The notes under the pieces are model-generated. The model made no database searches. It saw only the letters and a list, made by a program, of their open reading frames with translations, and was not told the origin of the DNA. A DNA stretch of 64,000 bases from Nageia nagi (lineage: Eukaryota; Plantae; Pinophyta). Below are positions 63,401 through 64,000 of the stretch, piece after piece. Position 1 is the stretch's first letter. Every line of letters starts with the position of its first letter. The stretch is taken from assembly GCA_050084985.1 (NCBI GenBank), contig JBITNC010000002.1, positions 11,470,001 to 11,534,000 on the forward strand. Direction: 5' to 3'. Position numbers and translations under genes: made by a program.

Positions 63401-63565
63401 TACAAGTATTTATAGTCCTCCTACCCTAATTGGTAGTTTACATTCAAAATGGTGGTTTGCCTTACAAAATGCGATGGTTCACATTACAAGCCATTGCAAG
63501 CAAATAATTAAATTAACTAAAACATAAATAAGCCCAAGTAAATGTTAGGATATGGGATCCTAACA
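57402..63565 (-). mobile_element. Ty3/gypsy chromovirus (Reina-like), full length, decayed
   Basis: LTRs 57402-57886 and 62621-63565; perfect TSD TTCCA; degenerate Met PBS beside 62621; PPT GAGAGGGGTGACA. RT FFDDILIYS, RNase H, integrase, chromodomain (PEAILDK...EDAMWE..LED) at ~57915-58075. Confidence 0.93.
62783..63277 (-). mobile_element. Solo LTR of the copia family, nested in the chromovirus 5' LTR
   Basis: Highly similar to 5908-6405; perfect TSD TTGAG (62778-62782, 63278-63282). Confidence 0.93.
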
Positions 63566-64000
63566 TTCCATTAATTTTAGTCTTAGGAATATGATCATTC
63601 GAAAAGACATTATAAGGTGTCAATCCACACTCCATTAGACCCTATGCTACTACTTTCTCCTATTCATTTTGGAGTCATTCATGCACCACTACATTTTGAC
63701 CATGAATGAAATATCTAGCATTGAAACAACAATCCATTATGTCACAATTAACTTCTTTTATCTTAAATATATATCACTAATATAGAAAAATATTATATAA
63801 AATATTTATCAATGCTAGTTAAATTAAATTTAAAAATATTTTAGTGATGAGATATTAGAGGTTTAATAAATAGTAATAGGAGCTAGGCCCATAATCATCA
63901 ATGTGAATTCATACTTTAATTGTTATCTTCGAATACTTGAAAGGTTGACCTCTTGGAGTAGCGATAGTTCTTTAGTTTCTTCATTGCTATCATTGTGAAC

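Overview
AT-rich, transposon-dense land-plant nuclear DNA. The TE types suggest a non-flowering plant such as a fern, lycophyte or gymnosperm, but the species cannot be fixed from sequence alone. There is one apparently intact host gene on the + strand: a membrane-anchored guanylate-binding-protein-like GTPase (GBPL2/At2g38840 type). Sixteen coding exons were traced in frame from 22138 to 41608, including a 7-nt microexon; the first coding exon was not located. To the left, two decayed Ty1/copia elements of one family are nested in an L1 LINE. The introns hold an RTEX/CR1-like LINE (interrupted by a solo LTR and a hAT MITE), a Mutator-like MITE and a ~600-bp near-perfect hairpin. A tRNA-headed SINE lies just upstream of the first traced exon. 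To the right are a non-autonomous LTR element, a CRM-like gypsy, a Reina-like chromovirus, solo LTRs and L1 relics. Most notable: (1) a SINE and a LINE 2.4 kb apart share a 3' stem-loop with a compensatory base-pair change and a (TTTC)n tail, a candidate SINE-LINE partner pair; (2) the copia family appears to have a spliced, multi-exon leader that may extend gag; (3) one copia copy is flanked by an apparent TSD yet ends in a tandem array instead of a 3' LTR.
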